Assembly (NCBI GenBank): GCA_965197525.1
Contig: OZ240211.1
Location: 2,112,001-2,176,000, forward strand
Length of the DNA stretch: 64,000 bases
Source of the DNA: Nitrosopumilus sp.
GTDB lineage: Archaea > Thermoproteota > Nitrososphaeria > Nitrososphaerales > Nitrosopumilaceae
Direction of reading: 5' to 3'
Below, piece by piece: positions 31,574 to 41,102 of this stretch; position 1 is the first letter of the stretch, and the number at the start of each line of letters is the position of its first letter. The notes beneath the pieces are model-generated. The model was not told where the DNA came from. It made no database searches and saw only the letters and a program-made list of their open reading frames with translations. The translations under genes and the position numbers were made by a program.

Positions 31574-32533
31574 TTATAATTGATTGGTCAGAGATGGTCT
31601 TAATGTGATCTTTAGCTTGTAACATTGCAGTATCTCTTTGCATCTGTTCCTGATTGTAACTTCTGTAACCTTTGCAGTGCTTGAAATATCTCTCTGCATC
31701 ACGCTCTGTCCGAGTAGGACAGATGACATATACAGATATGCAGCAGCTAATCCGTTTGGTGCTTTTCCATCAGATACTCCACCTTCCTTTGTCTTGTCTG
31801 CAATCTCTAATGCAAGTCTCTCGATTCTTACATCAGTATCTGTCATGTTTGCTATCTTTGAGATGTATCTGTTCATGGTTACAACCGGAGCATGTAATAC
31901 CCCCATCTCCATAACCATGGTTCTGTAGTATCTTGCTGCAAGTTTTGTTTTTGTCTTGACATCTTTTGCAGGGCAAATCTCTTTGCAAATCTCTTCTAAT
32001 GTTCTTACTACCTCACATTGTTTGCATGCCATGTAAATTGTGGCAGCAGTAATGGCAACTATGGATTTTCCTTTTACCTCGATATGATCTTCCAAGTTTC
32101 TATAGATCATAGATGACGTCTCCAATACATTTTTTGAGAGGTTAATGTTATCGCACGCTTCTGTTATCTTTGTTAAAACGTTTGCTAACCTTCTCTCTCT
32201 TGGTGATGAGACACGTACTCTTTGCTGCCACTTTCTTAGATTATGCATTTGGCTTGCAACCTCGTGATTTATTCTCTTTCCACTAAAGTCCTTTGGACTT
32301 ATTGAAATTTCTGTCGATATTCCAAGATCGTGTTTGGAATACGTTGTTTGTCCTGTAGCTCTTGCAAGCTTCATCTTGTCCTCCAAATTTGGACTTGTCG
32401 TTTCAGGACCAAAATCTGCAATTTGATCGTCGACTACAACGCCGCAACCAGAGCAGATTATTTCGCCATTTTGTATATCATCTACAAGTGTAGATCTACA
32501 CTCAGGACAATTTTGCTTTTCTAATAGATTCAT
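31574..32533 (-). CDS. tfb: Transcription initiation factor IIB
   Basis: Zn ribbon CPEC...CSGCG, 'LRKWQ', two cyclin repeats, 'GKAPNGLAAA', 'VTEVTIRNR'. Confidence 0.95.
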   Translation of the reverse strand: MNLLEKQNCPECRSTLVDDIQNGEIICSGCGVVVDDQIADFGPETTSPNLEDKMKLARATGQTTYSKHDLGISTEISISPKDFSGKRINHEVASQMHNLRKWQQRVRVSSPRERRLANVLTKITEACDNINLSKNVLETSSMIYRNLEDHIEVKGKSIVAITAATIYMACKQCEVVRTLEEICKEICPAKDVKTKTKLAARYYRTMVMEMGVLHAPVVTMNRYISKIANMTDTDVRIERLALEIADKTKEGGVSDGKAPNGLAAAYLYMSSVLLGQSVMQRDISSTAKVTEVTIRNRCKEILQCYKLKITLRPSLTNQL

Positions 32534-32832
32534 GATTTTTTTCTCCTATTGTTTTTCATTTTGTTTGCAGTGGCAACCTCTAGCATGAAGACGTTTTGCC
32601 CAACATATTTTTTTATATTATTTGTCAGTGGTATAGCTGATGCAAACGGTCTTTTGACCGGACCTATCATCTCATTCACTTTTGCAACCTTGGCTCCTTT
32701 TTGATCGCAGAGTACAGATCCTTCTTCAACTAGTTCAGTTGACAGTTCTATGATTACTCTGCCACTTCCGGCCATGTGCAATATTTCGCCTACCTTCTGC
32801 AATAGTACATGATAACAATAGGTTGTTATCAT
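32530..32832 (-). CDS. gar1: H/ACA RNP Gar1/Naf1-like protein
   Basis: 'KVAKVNEMIGPVKRPF'; upstream of tfb as is typical in archaea. Confidence 0.8.
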   Translation of the reverse strand: MITTYCYHVLLQKVGEILHMAGSGRVIIELSTELVEEGSVLCDQKGAKVAKVNEMIGPVKRPFASAIPLTNNIKKYVGQNVFMLEVATANKMKNNRRKKS

Positions 32833-32880
32833 ATTCTTCTGTCAACTTTCCTTTATCAAAGAGCTCTACTTTGTCAAAGA

Positions 32881-33189
32881 TCACTTTTTGGTCTTGGATT
32901 TCTTGTTTCTTTTTGCTACTAATCTCTCTGAGACCTTTTCGAGGATCTTAGTCTTTGGCAAATTCTTTGGCACCATCACATATCCCGACCTGACAAACGC
33001 TCTTCTGGGAAATCTTACCTTGTCATTTGATGCAGTTATCTCAAGCCCTCCATCTTGTGCTGCATCCATTACCTCCTTTAATGTGGGGTCAAAAACACAC
33101 TTTTGTAATCCCAATCTTCTTCCATGAGATTTTTTTAAATTCTTGTTAAAATAATCCACCCAGATTACGACCTGTTCGTAATCTTTCAT
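32881..33189 (-). CDS. srp19: Signal recognition particle 19 kDa protein
   Basis: 'VIWVDYFN', 'GRR', 'RFPR', 'GYVMV'. Confidence 0.88.
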   Translation of the reverse strand: MKDYEQVVIWVDYFNKNLKKSHGRRLGLQKCVFDPTLKEVMDAAQDGGLEITASNDKVRFPRRAFVRSGYVMVPKNLPKTKILEKVSERLVAKRNKKSKTKK

Positions 33190-33190
33190 T

Positions 33191-33577
33191 TTATTTCTCT
33201 ACTAGTAGTATTGCGTTAACGATTCCGTTCTGACCTGGTTTTGAAACTACTCTGCACTTACCTTGCTCCGTCTCTAAAACTGCGCCCTTGGTGATTATTC
33301 CTCGTCTCTTGTAGTCGTTGTTTGTAGCATTGTCTAGCACCTTGATAATTTTCATTTTTTTTACTTTGGCATCTCCTGTTGCCAGATTTACAAAATCAAC
33401 TGATTTCAAAGCTGTTTTTCTGTTGTTTCCACGAACATGTCTTGTAATTGTTACTTGTGCGCCATTGATTGGTTCATTGGGGTATCTGTCTATCTCGTAC
33501 TTTCTTCTAATTCGAAGCGGAGTTCTTCTACCTCCAGTTATCTTACTAGTTGCTAAATTCTCTACTGATTTTCTCAC
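33191..33577 (-). CDS. rps8e: 30S ribosomal protein S8e
   Basis: 'KITGGRR', 'VRGNN.K', 'ITKGAVLET', 'SKPGQNGIVNA'. Confidence 0.95.
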   Translation of the reverse strand: MRKSVENLATSKITGGRRTPLRIRRKYEIDRYPNEPINGAQVTITRHVRGNNRKTALKSVDFVNLATGDAKVKKMKIIKVLDNATNNDYKRRGIITKGAVLETEQGKCRVVSKPGQNGIVNAILLVEK

Positions 33578-33681
33578 AGATTCATTTTGTAATTACTCTA
33601 ATTTATAGACAACTATGATGATTAGTCGTAATTTTACATATTTTGCTTTTGCAATGCCGTCTGTTATGTTTTAAACCACTC

Positions 33682-34242
33682 TTAATAGTCAGTAACCTTT
33701 GTTGTGACCATCTTGTTTGTTTTATCCTGTGTCTCTTTTGCAGGTTTTCTTAGCTTGTCAAACAGCCTGCTTTTTAGATCTTCTAGATCCCCTTGTATGC
33801 CAAAATATTTCTGGAATTTCTGGGTTGTAGTATAAATTTTTAACCGCCCCACATTTTCATGACTGATATAGTCTAACTGTCGTAATTCCTTTAGATGTGC
33901 GTATACACCGGAGCCTCTTGTTTCAACTAGCTGTTTTGAGGATATAGGCTGCATATATGCAATGTATGATAACGTCTTCAATGTCGCATTTGGAAGAATG
34001 GGTTTTGAGGCATATCTCTTTACTGTGGAACTGTACTCTGGTTTTAGCTGCATTACATATGATCCGTCAGGAAGAATCACTATCTCTAATGCTTTAAACG
34101 CCGATTTTGTCTTCTTCATTATGCCCTCAAGTATATCTAGTGTCTTTACTCTTGATTCGGTACCTGACGCCCGTATGATGTCTTCGATTCTGAGAGGTCT
34201 GCCTGCAGAGTATAACGCAGCTTCAATTCGTGCTGTGACCAA
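33682..34242 (-). CDS. scpB: SMC-associated ScpB
   Basis: 'IEAALYSAGRP', 'LKTLSYIAYMQPIS', 'TRG', 'YTTTQKFQKYFG'. Confidence 0.92.
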   Translation of the reverse strand: MVTARIEAALYSAGRPLRIEDIIRASGTESRVKTLDILEGIMKKTKSAFKALEIVILPDGSYVMQLKPEYSSTVKRYASKPILPNATLKTLSYIAYMQPISSKQLVETRGSGVYAHLKELRQLDYISHENVGRLKIYTTTQKFQKYFGIQGDLEDLKSRLFDKLRKPAKETQDKTNKMVTTKVTDY

Positions 34243-34310
34243 TGTATCTTTCCTTTGTATCTTCTATATTACTTACTTTGACCAATGTATCTTTCCTTTG
34301 TATCTTCTAT
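34236..34310. repeat. Perfect 32-bp direct repeat, period 43, over scpB start
   Basis: TGACCAATGTATCTTTCCTTTGTATCTTCTAT at 34236 and 34279. Confidence 0.95.
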
Positions 34311-34314
34311 CTTT

Positions 34315-34989
34315 TTAATTTCTTGCATGTTTTATGGCAATAATCTTTATGTCGTCATTAATCTGCTGTAGATCTACTTTTTCATCTCTTGCCAAAAATA
34401 GTGCTGCAAAGAAGCATCTGATGGAGTCGATCTGATCCAAATCTGCAATTATATCCTGTAACAGTGCCGATCCTGCCGATTCAACCTTTTTCATTACCAT
34501 ATCTTCGTATTTAGCAATAATGTTCTCAAGTGATGTAAAGTATTCTTGAAAATCTGGTACCTCTACTGCTCCTATCTCTAGTCGTTTGTTCCGTCTTGAC
34601 TGTGGGTTTGCTATCGAATCAATTAAATTCTCTAGTAGTCCTAGTAGATCATCTAGTGATACCGGATATGTGGATTCATGTCTGTATGGGATATCAATTA
34701 GCTCAATATCCACATCTGTTCTTTGTAACATAGGCTTCTTCTCCATTGCAGCTTTTTGTAATGCAAATATACTCTCTACTTTCATTCTGTAAATTAGCGA
34801 TGATGATAGTGCTGCCATCCCTGCTATCTTGAGATCGCTTTTTCCTGTTTTTTCGAGTATTTTTTTTAACAAGTCTAAAATCTGGATAAGATCAATCTCC
34901 CAAACATCTTTTTTAATAATTGATGATCTGCTAAACAGCACGTTAATCGGTTCTTGTGATATGCTGTCTGGAATATGTGTTTCACCCAC
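34315..34989 (-). CDS. scpA: ScpA-like kleisin
   Basis: 'WEIDLIQIL', 'SSLIYRMKVE', C-terminal 'FFAALFLA'; upstream of scpB. Confidence 0.78.
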   Translation of the reverse strand: MGETHIPDSISQEPINVLFSRSSIIKKDVWEIDLIQILDLLKKILEKTGKSDLKIAGMAALSSSLIYRMKVESIFALQKAAMEKKPMLQRTDVDIELIDIPYRHESTYPVSLDDLLGLLENLIDSIANPQSRRNKRLEIGAVEVPDFQEYFTSLENIIAKYEDMVMKKVESAGSALLQDIIADLDQIDSIRCFFAALFLARDEKVDLQQINDDIKIIAIKHARN

Positions 34990-35084
34990 ACCGACACTAT
35001 CTATCTACTTTAATAATATCTAAGGGCTTTATTTTTTTTCGGTTTTCAGTCAACTCTTATATTGTCAATATTGTAAGATCGATT

Positions 35085-36137
35085 GTGAAATCTGCAAGAA
35101 TTACTGGTCCTAACCTGCCACTGGTAATATCTGAGTCTGAGACGCCAAAACCTTCGGTCAATCAAGTTTTGGTTAGAGTTACATCTGTAGGCGTCTGTCA
35201 TAGCGACCTACACCTCTGGGAAGGCGGCTACGATCTTGGCGATGGGCAGTTCATGAAGGTAACTGATAGAGGCGTCAAATATCCTGTCATTCCGGGACAC
35301 GAGATAGTAGGTACAGTAGAAGAGGTAGGCTCAAACGTCTCTCTTGTCTCAAAAGGCGACAAAGTATTGGTGTTTCCCTGGATTGGCTGCGGTGCATGTC
35401 CTGCATGCAAGGTAGGCGATGAGAATCTGTGCGATGCTCCACGTTCTATGGGCGTATTCCAAGATGGTGGCTACTCTGATTACGTTCTAATTTCAAACTC
35501 TAAATATCTGGCTAAACTAGACGGCGTTGATCCTGACTCTGCTACATCTCTTGCTTGTTCTGGACTTACTGCATACACTGCAATTAAAAAATCAAACCAA
35601 AACTCTCCAGAGTTCCTGGTAATTGTAGGTGCAGGTGGTCTGGGATTGATGGGCGTACAAATTGCAAAGGCAATCACTGATGCCAAGATCATATGTGTTG
35701 ATCTTGATGATAAAAAACTAGAGATTGCAAGCAAGATGGGTGCTGATTATACCGTTAACTCTAAAGATCCTTTGACATCCCAAAAAATTCTGTCCATATG
35801 TAATGACAAGGGTGCTGATAGCGTTGTCGATTTTGTAAATGCCCCTCCTACTGCAAAACTTGATCTTGCCATTCTCAGAAAGAGAGGTAATTTAGTACTA
35901 GTTGGACTGTTTGGGGGTTCCATTGAACTCTCTCTTGTTACGATTCCTCTGAAATCTTTAACTGTTCAAGGCGCATACACTGGAAACTATGCTGATATGA
36001 TTGAGCTACTCGATCTTGCAAGAAGAAAGATTATCGATCCAATAATATCTAAGAGATACTCTCTTGACGATGCAAATACTGCTCTTGAGGATCTAAAAGC
36101 AAGAAAGATAATTGGTCGTGCAGTGATAAATCCTTAG
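35085..36137 (+). CDS. Zn-dependent alcohol dehydrogenase (MDR family)
   Basis: 'GVCHSDLH', 'GHE', CxxCxxCx7C, 'GAGGLG'; GTG 35085 is the likely start. Confidence 0.93.
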   Translation: MKSARITGPNLPLVISESETPKPSVNQVLVRVTSVGVCHSDLHLWEGGYDLGDGQFMKVTDRGVKYPVIPGHEIVGTVEEVGSNVSLVSKGDKVLVFPWIGCGACPACKVGDENLCDAPRSMGVFQDGGYSDYVLISNSKYLAKLDGVDPDSATSLACSGLTAYTAIKKSNQNSPEFLVIVGAGGLGLMGVQIAKAITDAKIICVDLDDKKLEIASKMGADYTVNSKDPLTSQKILSICNDKGADSVVDFVNAPPTAKLDLAILRKRGNLVLVGLFGGSIELSLVTIPLKSLTVQGAYTGNYADMIELLDLARRKIIDPIISKRYSLDDANTALEDLKARKIIGRAVINP

Positions 36138-36739
36138 GTGTTGTCTGTCTCTTTTATCCATCCAAATTGTACTATTCCCTGATCTTTTATATCGCCTACA
36201 CCCGTAGCAAATCTCCAGATAATTGGTTTGTCATCTAGTGCCGCTCCTGTTGTCATCTTCTCTTTGATCTTTAAGAGTGCCTCAGTCTCTTCATTTAGAT
36301 TCCTGTCTGCTGTCTTGTACTCTTTGCAAAACTTACATTTCTGATCAAGTGTAATTGGTTCTGACTCTATTAACGGATATGCAGTACATGCAAGCGGTCT
36401 GTCTTTGTAAATCTTGCATGTGAATCCTCCATGTGGTGATCTCTTTTCACTCTCAGTATCCAAAAATGGGCATACATCTCCGTCATCTTTGATTCCCATT
36501 AACTGATATGCCAGAATCTTTGTTGGAGAGCAGTCATCATTGCTGCCACTGTCACTGCTTTTAGATATGCCAACTCTTGGCAAGATTTTGACTTGTAGTC
36601 TATTCTTTGTTGCCAAATCTTTGATTCTATCTACTTCATTTGGAAGTATCAATACTCCAATCTTACCGTATTTTTTACTTGGATAATACTCTCTTTTAAT
36701 ACAGCACTCAGAACAATCTTGTACGCATCTAAACTCCAC
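36134..36739 (-). CDS. YkgJ/UPF0153 cysteine-cluster protein
   Basis: CxxxCxxCC ... CPFL ... C.IY..RP..C..YP. Confidence 0.85.
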   Translation of the reverse strand: MEFRCVQDCSECCIKREYYPSKKYGKIGVLILPNEVDRIKDLATKNRLQVKILPRVGISKSSDSGSNDDCSPTKILAYQLMGIKDDGDVCPFLDTESEKRSPHGGFTCKIYKDRPLACTAYPLIESEPITLDQKCKFCKEYKTADRNLNEETEALLKIKEKMTTGAALDDKPIIWRFATGVGDIKDQGIVQFGWIKETDNT

Positions 36740-36837
36740 GTCTTTTCCTCTGTCATAGTAGATAAAATCTGTTATGCGTCATCATAACATGTTCTTTTTC
36801 CCCAAACATATCAGTTATATGATGATCATGATAGTGT

Positions 36838-37155
36838 ATGTTAATGGGAAAACGTCAAGTCAAAAATGAGAGTGCATTAAAAGAGATTCGGCTACCTGAA
36901 GAAGGCGAACTATTTGGGCGTGTATTAAAGATGCTTGGTGGCGAAAACATTATGATTAAATGCGATGACAATATCACTCGATTAGGACGAATTCGAGGCA
37001 AGCTAAAGCGGAGAGTCTGGATTCGGGACAATGACATCGTCATCATCGCTCCTTGGGATTTCAAAGCCACTGAACGCGGTGACATTATTTGGCGATTTAC
37101 TCTTCCTCAGGTACAATGGTTAAAAGAGAACGATCATATACCAAAAGACTTTTAA
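36838..37155 (+). CDS. eif1a: Translation initiation factor aIF-1A
   Basis: 'LGG...I.C.D...R..RIRGKLKRRVWIR..DIVII.PW'. Confidence 0.95.
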   Translation: MLMGKRQVKNESALKEIRLPEEGELFGRVLKMLGGENIMIKCDDNITRLGRIRGKLKRRVWIRDNDIVIIAPWDFKATERGDIIWRFTLPQVQWLKENDHIPKDF

Positions 37156-37210
37156 TCTTTTTTGTGGCGATGCTTTAATTAATATAGTGAGTTAATTGCT
37201 TGAAATTAAC

Positions 37211-37402
37211 ATGGAACAAGGCACCGTAAAGTGGTTTAACCGTACTAAAGGCTTTGGCTTTATTGAGCGAGAATCTGGTGATGATCTGTTTGTTCACAAA
37301 ACAGACGTTGACGGATTTATCAACGAAGGCGATAAAGTAGAGTTTGAAGTCGGCGAAGGTAAAAAAGGACCTGCAGCACAAAAAGTCAAAAAATCAGAAT
37401 AG
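37211..37402 (+). CDS. csp: Cold-shock domain protein
   Basis: 'GTVKWFN..KGFGFI', 'DLFVH', 'GKKGPAA'. Confidence 0.95.
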   Translation: MEQGTVKWFNRTKGFGFIERESGDDLFVHKTDVDGFINEGDKVEFEVGEGKKGPAAQKVKKSE

Positions 37403-37495
37403 GCAACAAGTTTTTTAATTTAAGATTTAATTTTTATTTTCTTAAATTCGTCTATCTTTTTATTATTTTTAGGATTATATTCGTAGAAAGGGTTG

Positions 37496-37622
37496 TGGTC
37501 CCAAGCGAAGGAATTGAACCTTCGACAACCCGGTTTCTGTATGCCTGATATGCTGCTTTACAGTCAGCCATCTAAAGCCGACAACTACAGCCGGAAGCTC
37601 TACCAGGCTGAGCTAGCTTGGG
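37496..37622 (-). tRNA. tRNA-Tyr(GTA) with 50-nt intron (37535-37584) and encoded CCA
   Basis: CCCAAGC/GCTTGGG acceptor, anticodon at 37588-37586, GGTTCAATTCC. Confidence 0.92.
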
Positions 37623-37801
37623 ACAAAAACATGAGGATATATACTATTAAAAAACTATCGTACAGCCATCTGTATCTCAAACTATGATTCTTCTCTCAAC
37701 CTTGTACCTAACTTGGTATGAAAATGTCCGTTATCGAAGATATTTGTATGGTATTTCCACCTTGTATAAGCATAAATAGTTAGATTCCACATTTACCAAT
37801 A

Positions 37802-38413
37802 ATGTCCGAGTTAGTATTGGCATCATCCGGATATGTGTGTGCACCATATCTACACACACACGAATCAATTGAATTAAAAGAATCTTGGCTTCATTCTGAC
37901 AATATCGAAAAACTATTCTTTGTTACCGGAACATTCTCTCATGAAAGCAAACCATACTTTTCTGATTCTACAAATCACTATCTTTTAGCAAAATTCAAGA
38001 ACAATCAAGAGATTGAGCAGGATTTCACAGAGCATAATCAAGACAAAACATCTTTTGTTTTTAATATCTCACATGATCTATTTGAGAGGGAAGTTGAGGG
38101 TGATACAAATTTTGTTTCTGTATATTATTTAGAGTACGGCGATGACGGTGATGACTTGCAAGAGGTCGCAAATCTTTTACTAAAACGAGATAAGATTGAG
38201 ATAGCTGGTCTGGGCAATATGGCTACTTTTTGTCTCAATCCTTCAAAATTCACATTTCCATATTATGAAAATATTGTAGTTTTAGAAGTTGCAAGTGAAA
38301 AAAGTCATCAAAGTATGAAGAAATACTGTGAACAGACAAGACGTGATGTTAATCGTAAGGGGCTGACTATGACAAATCTGATGAGCCTCTCAATTCTTGA
38401 TCAGCTAAAGTAA
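37802..38413 (+). CDS. Hypothetical protein
   Basis: 203-aa non-overlapping ORF. Confidence 0.75.
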   Translation: MSELVLASSGYVCAPYLHTHESIELKESWLHSDNIEKLFFVTGTFSHESKPYFSDSTNHYLLAKFKNNQEIEQDFTEHNQDKTSFVFNISHDLFEREVEGDTNFVSVYYLEYGDDGDDLQEVANLLLKRDKIEIAGLGNMATFCLNPSKFTFPYYENIVVLEVASEKSHQSMKKYCEQTRRDVNRKGLTMTNLMSLSILDQLK

Positions 38414-38898
38414 TTTCATCATCTGTTGTTACTATTCTTGTAATGATTTAGTTATTCTTTTTACCATTAATCGTATTATTCTGTCTTCATAATCTTTATC
38501 TCATCTGTACTGACTGCAATTCAAAATACGTCTCTTGTGTCGAATCAATCATTACCCGTTTACCGATTGTTGTAATCTTGTATGTTATCTCTCCTCTAGT
38601 TTTAAATCATCATTTCTAATATTGATAATTTTCTACGATAATAATCTCTACACTATAATATTTATACATTTACCTCTAATCATAATTCTGTGGGATCCCG
38701 AAAGTAGTTCGCCCCTCTTCAAAACTTGGAGATGTTTGCATGTATGATGTTCTAGAGTGATGTATAACTGTCTTGTGCTAAATCCTACTGTACAATTCAT
38801 GAATTTTATTCATTTCCACTCCACGCATGGCAACTATTCAAAAAATTATGCATAGTATCCACTACTAAGGACAAAACATCTGTTTTAATGTCATAATG

Positions 38899-39800
38899 CT
38901 ATTCTGCACTGTACTCTTGACCTGTTTGACTATCTGTCACCGTCTTGCCAGCAGGCGGCATCTTTCTCTTAAATGCCTGTACCGGAGTCTCTAGATTGTC
39001 CCAGTCAAGTGACATATGCGGTCTGTTGTAGTTGTACCATTCCATGAACCGTTCCACGGGATCCTTTGCAGATGCGGTGTAAAACGGTCCTCCTACACTA
39101 GAGTTCTCTGTTGTACCACGTCGAGTCTTGCCAGCTGAGGCATCTTCAAAGTGGCGTAGTTTGCGCTGTATCTCTCCGTGCAGACGTTCTAGTTTACCAT
39201 TTGTCTGTGGATGTCGTACACGTGCCAATATGTGTTTGATGTAGTTCCACCAGTCTTGTTCAAATTTGGAGGCACCCTTCTTCTTGGCCTCAGACTCTGT
39301 GGCATAGAACTGGGTACCGCGATCTGTTTTGCAGGCTTGCCGTGATTTTTTATGGCCTCATCAAGTATTAGGGCGTTTTCTGTAGTTGCCTCTGCAAATA
39401 CCCCAAAACCAGTCACAAAATGAAATCCTGGTAACATATGAGCCATCTGCCATCGTCAAGCTGTTTGAAATCAGTATGCCATAGGGAATTGGAGTAAGTT
39501 GTTCCCACCTAACCCACTTGCGCCTCTTGCTCTTGTTTGGACTGGCATCTCATAAATCTTTCAATACTTTGTGTATAAAGTTGTGCGCAATATACATTCC
39601 TACAGATGATCTTATCGCTCCAAGGTTGCATCGAATCTCGTTTGCTATGCTGAGAGAATCACCGAGTGTTCTAGTCGTTGCACTCTTTTTGGGTCTTCCC
39701 ATTGGGGCAGGTTGTCTGCATCTTTGTATCTCTTTGCTTTTGAACCCATGTTCATCTTTTATCTCTCTGTTACTGGCAGTATTCTTGCGTTTCTAAATCA
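38899..39800 (-). pseudogene. Degraded IS481-like (integrase core) transposase
   Basis: 'SNSLWHTDFKQ', 'ARVRHPQTNGKLER', 'WYNYNRPHMSL' in broken frames. Confidence 0.8.
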
Positions 39801-40334
39801 TTCATTTCTAATATTGATAACGCCACACATTTCCATCTACGATAATAGTTGACTGTGTCTTTCTCATGGGATACTGAAAAAATCGGTCATATAATATGAT
39901 TATACATTTACCTCTAATCATAATTCAATATTCCCTAATTCACTATATGTAAACCCTAATTCATAAAGAAGCACCTATTCAATTAAATTATTTTTTAATA
40001 TACATACATATGGAACTATTTGAACTTTTCATCTCAGTTCAGTCTTTACGTGTAAAGTATGGAATCGATTCCTATGAAGATACAACAAACCCTATATAAT
40101 CAATCGTGGTATTAACTATGTGTTTGCTCTAACATTATCTCTATTTGATACGTCCTTGTCTTGTATTTCTGCTATGATTCGTAACTATACCACTTGTTAT
40201 CCTGCTGCTAGTAACAATCAAATGATTATTCACAACAAAAATACTGTTGTTGTTGCTGCTGTTATTACTGCACTAGTTCTACGCATGCATCCCAATACTA
40301 TATTACCTACATCAAAGTTTTCATTGTTGTAATA

Positions 40335-40856
40335 ATGAACATAAACGTCCCTGCAAACAAGGTCAAACCCCTGCCATTTAGGGTAGAAAAGTTTGATTAC
40401 AACCGGTACTATATTGATCATCCCGTAATCAAAGGCGTCTTAAATGTAGGGAATCTTCTAAACAATGTTGGTATGATACCTGTTGATATGATTCCGCCTA
40501 ACAAAATGCCGCCTGAAGGCATTGTAGTAGGACTGAGTTTTCAATCCGTTGTATCGTTTACCAACTATGGAGAACGACATGTTGGTTCAAAGAAACTACC
40601 CTTGCCTCAAGAGATGGCAAAGATGAAAAAACAAGAGCTGACAAACTACCTGGTCCAAGAAGAAAATCACGAACCTTGGAATCACTATGTGCTATCTAAT
40701 GCACCTCAAAAACTCTTGAAGACTAGAACGATGCTGCTTAAAGTGGAATGGTTAGTTGACTATTATAACAATCTTGGAGATCCCTATCTTTTAGTCAATC
40801 ATAATACCAGTCACAGTATATCTAATATTGATTCACCTGACCTAGATATGCGTTAA
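40335..40856 (+). CDS. Hypothetical protein (173 aa)
   Basis: ORF with 'EPWNHYVL...LKTR..L.KV...N.LGDPY' motif. Confidence 0.75.
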   Translation: MNINVPANKVKPLPFRVEKFDYNRYYIDHPVIKGVLNVGNLLNNVGMIPVDMIPPNKMPPEGIVVGLSFQSVVSFTNYGERHVGSKKLPLPQEMAKMKKQELTNYLVQEENHEPWNHYVLSNAPQKLLKTRTMLLKVEWLVDYYNNLGDPYLLVNHNTSHSISNIDSPDLDMR

Positions 40857-41102
40857 CTTTTCTTTGAAATTGTGCCTTGGTCATTATACGTGCAGGTTTG
40901 CATCATTATGATCCCTCTCTTTATTTTCCAACCATGTCCTAATCCAGTGCGTTTTAGTTCTCATACTCTACCATTTTTTGTTTAATTGCCTATCTTGCGC
41001 ATTCTCAAAAAGGATCACACAAGTGATAATATATGTGACTATTATTTCACATTCAATAATGTCCTACCACAACAAGATCACATTACAAGGAATGCGATAC
41101 CG

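Noticed and set aside
37211-37402. Bacterial-type cold-shock protein in an archaeon
   Set aside because: Csp homologs are already known in marine Thaumarchaeota; not novel
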